From Chloroflexota bacterium (GTDB lineage Bacteria; Bacteroidota; Bacteroidia; Bacteroidales; VadinHA17), in assembly GCA_050259395.1 (NCBI GenBank), contig JBLNAO010000124.1, forward strand, positions 1-35,011: a stretch of DNA of 35,011 bases, in the 5' to 3' direction. Shown in pieces: positions 32,957 to 35,011 of the stretch (position 1 is the stretch's first letter; every line of letters begins with the position of its first letter). The notes beneath the pieces are model-generated. The model was not told the DNA's origin. It worked only from the letters and a program-made list of their open reading frames with translations, and searched no databases. Both the position numbers and the translations under genes were made by a program.

Positions 32957-32993
32957 GAAGAGTTCCGAAGACCGGAATTCTTCTCTTTTTTTT
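32957..32993 (+). terminator. Rho-independent terminator-like hairpin plus U-tract, 19 nt upstream of greA
   Basis: GAAGAGTTCCG (32957-32967) pairs with CGGAATTCTTC (32973-32983), giving 11 bp with one G-U and a 5-nt loop AAGAC. It is followed by TCTTTTTTTT (32984-32993). Confidence 0.65.
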
Positions 32994-33012
32994 GCTATAA
33001 CAGAAAAGAAAA

Positions 33013-33486
33013 ATGTCAGAGGTTATTTATGTCACACAAGATGGTCTTAAGAAGCTGAAAGAGGAACTCGATCAGTTGAGGAATGTTGAAAGACCTTTGA
33101 TATCCAGGCAAATAGCTGATGCCCGGGATAAGGGAGACCTTAGTGAAAATGCCGAGTACGCAGCAGCCAAGGAGGCCCAGGGCATGCTTGAGTTGAAAAT
33201 CAGCAAGCTTGAGGACATAGTGGCACGTTCGAGAGTTCTCGATGAATCTAAAATCGATACTCTCACCATCAGGATTCTTAGCAGGGTTAAAATTAAGAAT
33301 AAGGCCAATAATTCTGTTATGGAATATCAGCTTGTTCCCGAAAGTGAAGCCAACTTCAAAGCAGGCAAAATTGCCGTTAACTCTCCAATTGCACTCGGCC
33401 TTATCGGCAAAAAAGTCGGTGAGACCGTAGACATCAAGGTTCCGTCGGGTGTCATCCCGTTTGAAATTGTCGCAATTTCTCTCTAA
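33013..33486 (+). CDS. greA: Transcription elongation factor GreA
   Basis: N-terminal coiled coil with GDLSENAEYAAAKEAQ. C-terminal domain with NSPIALGLIGKKVGETV. Confidence 0.93.
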   Translation: MSEVIYVTQDGLKKLKEELDQLRNVERPLISRQIADARDKGDLSENAEYAAAKEAQGMLELKISKLEDIVARSRVLDESKIDTLTIRILSRVKIKNKANNSVMEYQLVPESEANFKAGKIAVNSPIALGLIGKKVGETVDIKVPSGVIPFEIVAISL

Positions 33487-33503
33487 TCATCTTTCCCTTA
33501 GTC

Positions 33504-33905
33504 ATGGCAAGTATTTTCACAAGGATCATCAATGGTGAGATACCATGTTATAAAATAGCTGAGGACGAAAAATATTTCGCTTTCCTCGATATCAATCCCC
33601 TTAAGAAAGGTCATACCCTGGTAATCCCAAAACAAGAGACCGATTATATTTTTGACCTCGATGATGATCTTCTTGCAGGAATGTGGCTGTTCTCGAAAAA
33701 GGTTGCTTCAGCCATTAAGGAAGCATATCCATGCAACAGGATAGGCATAGCAGTCCTGGGTCTTGAAGTGCCGCATGCTCACATCCATCTTGTCCCGCTC
33801 GATGGATTGAATGACCTCAATTTCAAAAATCCAAAGCTTAAATTCACACCTGAAGAATTTAAGGAGATAGCAGCGAACATCAGCAGCAGCTATTCGCTGT
33901 CATGA
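33504..33905 (+). CDS. HIT-family (histidine triad) nucleotide hydrolase/transferase
   Basis: IFTRIINGEIPCYKIAEDEKYFAFLDINPLKKGHTLVIPK and the histidine triad HAHIHLVP. The stop overlaps the next start (ATGA). Confidence 0.9.
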   Translation: MASIFTRIINGEIPCYKIAEDEKYFAFLDINPLKKGHTLVIPKQETDYIFDLDDDLLAGMWLFSKKVASAIKEAYPCNRIGIAVLGLEVPHAHIHLVPLDGLNDLNFKNPKLKFTPEEFKEIAANISSSYSLS

Positions 33906-34603
33906 AGGTGCTGACTGACCTGGTTGATGATTTCCTGAGCCTTCTCTTTCCGAGGATCTGCTATGGCTGCGGCAATCACCTGATGAGGAATGAAAAGGTG
34001 ATCTGCACCGAATGCCAGGTTGTTATACCACGTACAGATTACCACAACCAGCCAGGGAACCCTGTCGAACAACTTTTCTGGGGCAGGTGCGTGATCACGA
34101 AGGCAGCTGCATTCTCATATTATACTCGTGGGAGCCGTATCAGAAAGCTCATTCACAATCTGAAGTACAATGGAATCCAGGAAATAGGCATTGAGCTGGG
34201 CAGCATTTACGGCAATTTGCTCAGATCCTCGGGATTTCTCAATGATGTTGACCTGATCCTTCCTGTTCCCCTGCATCCCTCCCGTGAAAGAAAGAGGGGT
34301 TTTAACCAGAGCAGGTTGATCTGCGAAGGCATTTCGTCAGTTTCAGGTATCGAGGTCCTCGCTGATGCTCTTGTGAGGCCTGTGAAAACCCAGACTCAGA
34401 CAAGGCGGTCGAGATTTGAAAGATGGACGAACGTTGAAGGAATATTTGAATTAAGAACTCCTTCGGAACTGGAGGGAAAGCATGTGTTGATTGTGGATGA
34501 TGTTATAACGACTGGATCAACAATTGAAGCCTGCGTGAACGAGCTCTCAAAGATTGATGGGGTAAGTGTCAGCGTTGTCGCCCTGGCTTACGCGGTAATG
34601 TGA
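33902..34603 (+). CDS. comF: ComF-family protein (phosphoribosyltransferase-like, N-terminal Cys4 zinc ribbon)
   Basis: CYGCGNH...CTECQ zinc ribbon, ERKRGFNQS, and the PRT motif VLIVDDVITTGSTIEAC. Confidence 0.85.
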   Translation: MKVLTDLVDDFLSLLFPRICYGCGNHLMRNEKVICTECQVVIPRTDYHNQPGNPVEQLFWGRCVITKAAAFSYYTRGSRIRKLIHNLKYNGIQEIGIELGSIYGNLLRSSGFLNDVDLILPVPLHPSRERKRGFNQSRLICEGISSVSGIEVLADALVRPVKTQTQTRRSRFERWTNVEGIFELRTPSELEGKHVLIVDDVITTGSTIEACVNELSKIDGVSVSVVALAYAVM

Positions 34604-34604
34604 A

Positions 34605-35011
34605 TCAGTTCTGTTTTACTCTTCCCGGATTCTTGTTCATGAAATCTTTCCAGCTGTTGAACGGCTTTTCGCTTGCAGGCCTGTTTGTCTGGTAAAAATG
34701 GCAGACGGCGGCAGCGAGACCATCTGTGGCATCAAGTTTGAAATCTGTAAGTGAGAATTTCAGCATGCTCATCAACATGCTTGCAACCTGCTCCTTGGAA
34801 GCTGCTCCCTGACCGGTTATCGACATTTTGATTTTTCTCGGGGCATATTCGAAAATCGGCACAGAACGCGAAAGTGCTGCTGAAATAGCCGCACCCTGGG
34901 CTCTGCCAAGCTTCAGCATCGACTGCACATTCTTCCCGTAGAATGGTGCTTCTATGGCAAGTTCGTCAGGGTGATATTCATCTATTATCCCGGTCGTCCT
35001 TTCGAAAATAT
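34605..35011 (-). CDS. ruvC: Crossover junction endodeoxyribonuclease RuvC, C-terminal part (5' end outside window)
   Basis: The minus-strand frame stays open to the window edge (...[35 protein letters not shown]...[10 protein letters not shown]...[12 protein letters not shown]). The ORF-track start at 34928 is only an internal GTG. Confidence 0.9.
   Translation of the reverse strand, partial: IFERTTGIIDEYHPDELAIEAPFYGKNVQSMLKLGRAQGAAISAALSRSVPIFEYAPRKIKMSITGQGAASKEQVASMLMSMLKFSLTDFKLDATDGLAAAVCHFYQTNRPASEKPFNSWKDFMNKNPGRVKQN

Noticed and set aside
1-35011. A search for CRISPR arrays, IS elements, integrases, tRNA genes, long direct or inverted repeats, and defence-system genes.
   Set aside because: Nothing of that type was seen. 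All intergenic regions are under 275 nt. The only repeats noticed are the 18-nt dyads at 2037-2126 and the paralogous or internally duplicated genes described above.

Overview
This 35 kb chromosomal window is most consistent with a Bacteroidota genome. Several genes are preceded by TAnnTTTG-type -7 boxes, there are many lipoproteins, and the glycogen genes are of the GT3/GH57/eukaryote type. I call 29 protein-coding genes, two of them truncated by the window edges. I saw no rRNA, tRNA, CRISPR array or mobile element. Housekeeping genes are comM/yifB (3' part), a Gfo/Idh/MocA oxidoreductase, lpxH, ribF, ahcY, greA, a HIT protein, comF and ruvC (partial). There are three accessory blocks. (1) 2249-10353 is a tightly packed seven-gene operon. 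It encodes a signal-peptide/PstS-like/TM/GcvH-like fusion protein, a Tat-type 4x[4Fe-4S] NrfC/HybA-like protein, an NrfD/HybB/DsrP-like membrane subunit and a second membrane-tethered GcvH-like paralog. These are followed by a histidine kinase whose periplasmic loop carries CXXCH and CX4CH haem-c motifs, an NtrC-type sigma-54 activator and an archaemetzincin-like metalloprotease. Paired palindromes and a -24/-12-like element lie upstream. I consider this the best candidate for an undescribed membrane redox or carrier system. (2) 10358-15074 holds a minus-strand cassette of a SAM methyltransferase (PhcB-like by recollection), a polytopic hybrid histidine kinase and a CheY-like receiver. It is transcribed divergently from an internally duplicated SiaB/GHKL-like protein. 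(3) 18345-29452 is a glycogen island with a debranching-type enzyme, a GT4, a GH57, a 1407-aa GT3 synthase::GT35 phosphorylase fusion and a eukaryote-type branching enzyme. Smaller observations are a tandem TlpA-like lipoprotein pair in which one copy is CXXC and the other SXXC, a Rieske-fold-like lipoprotein with CxH...CxxC, and an intrinsic terminator in the greA leader. All functional calls rest on motif recognition by eye, and no database search was possible.
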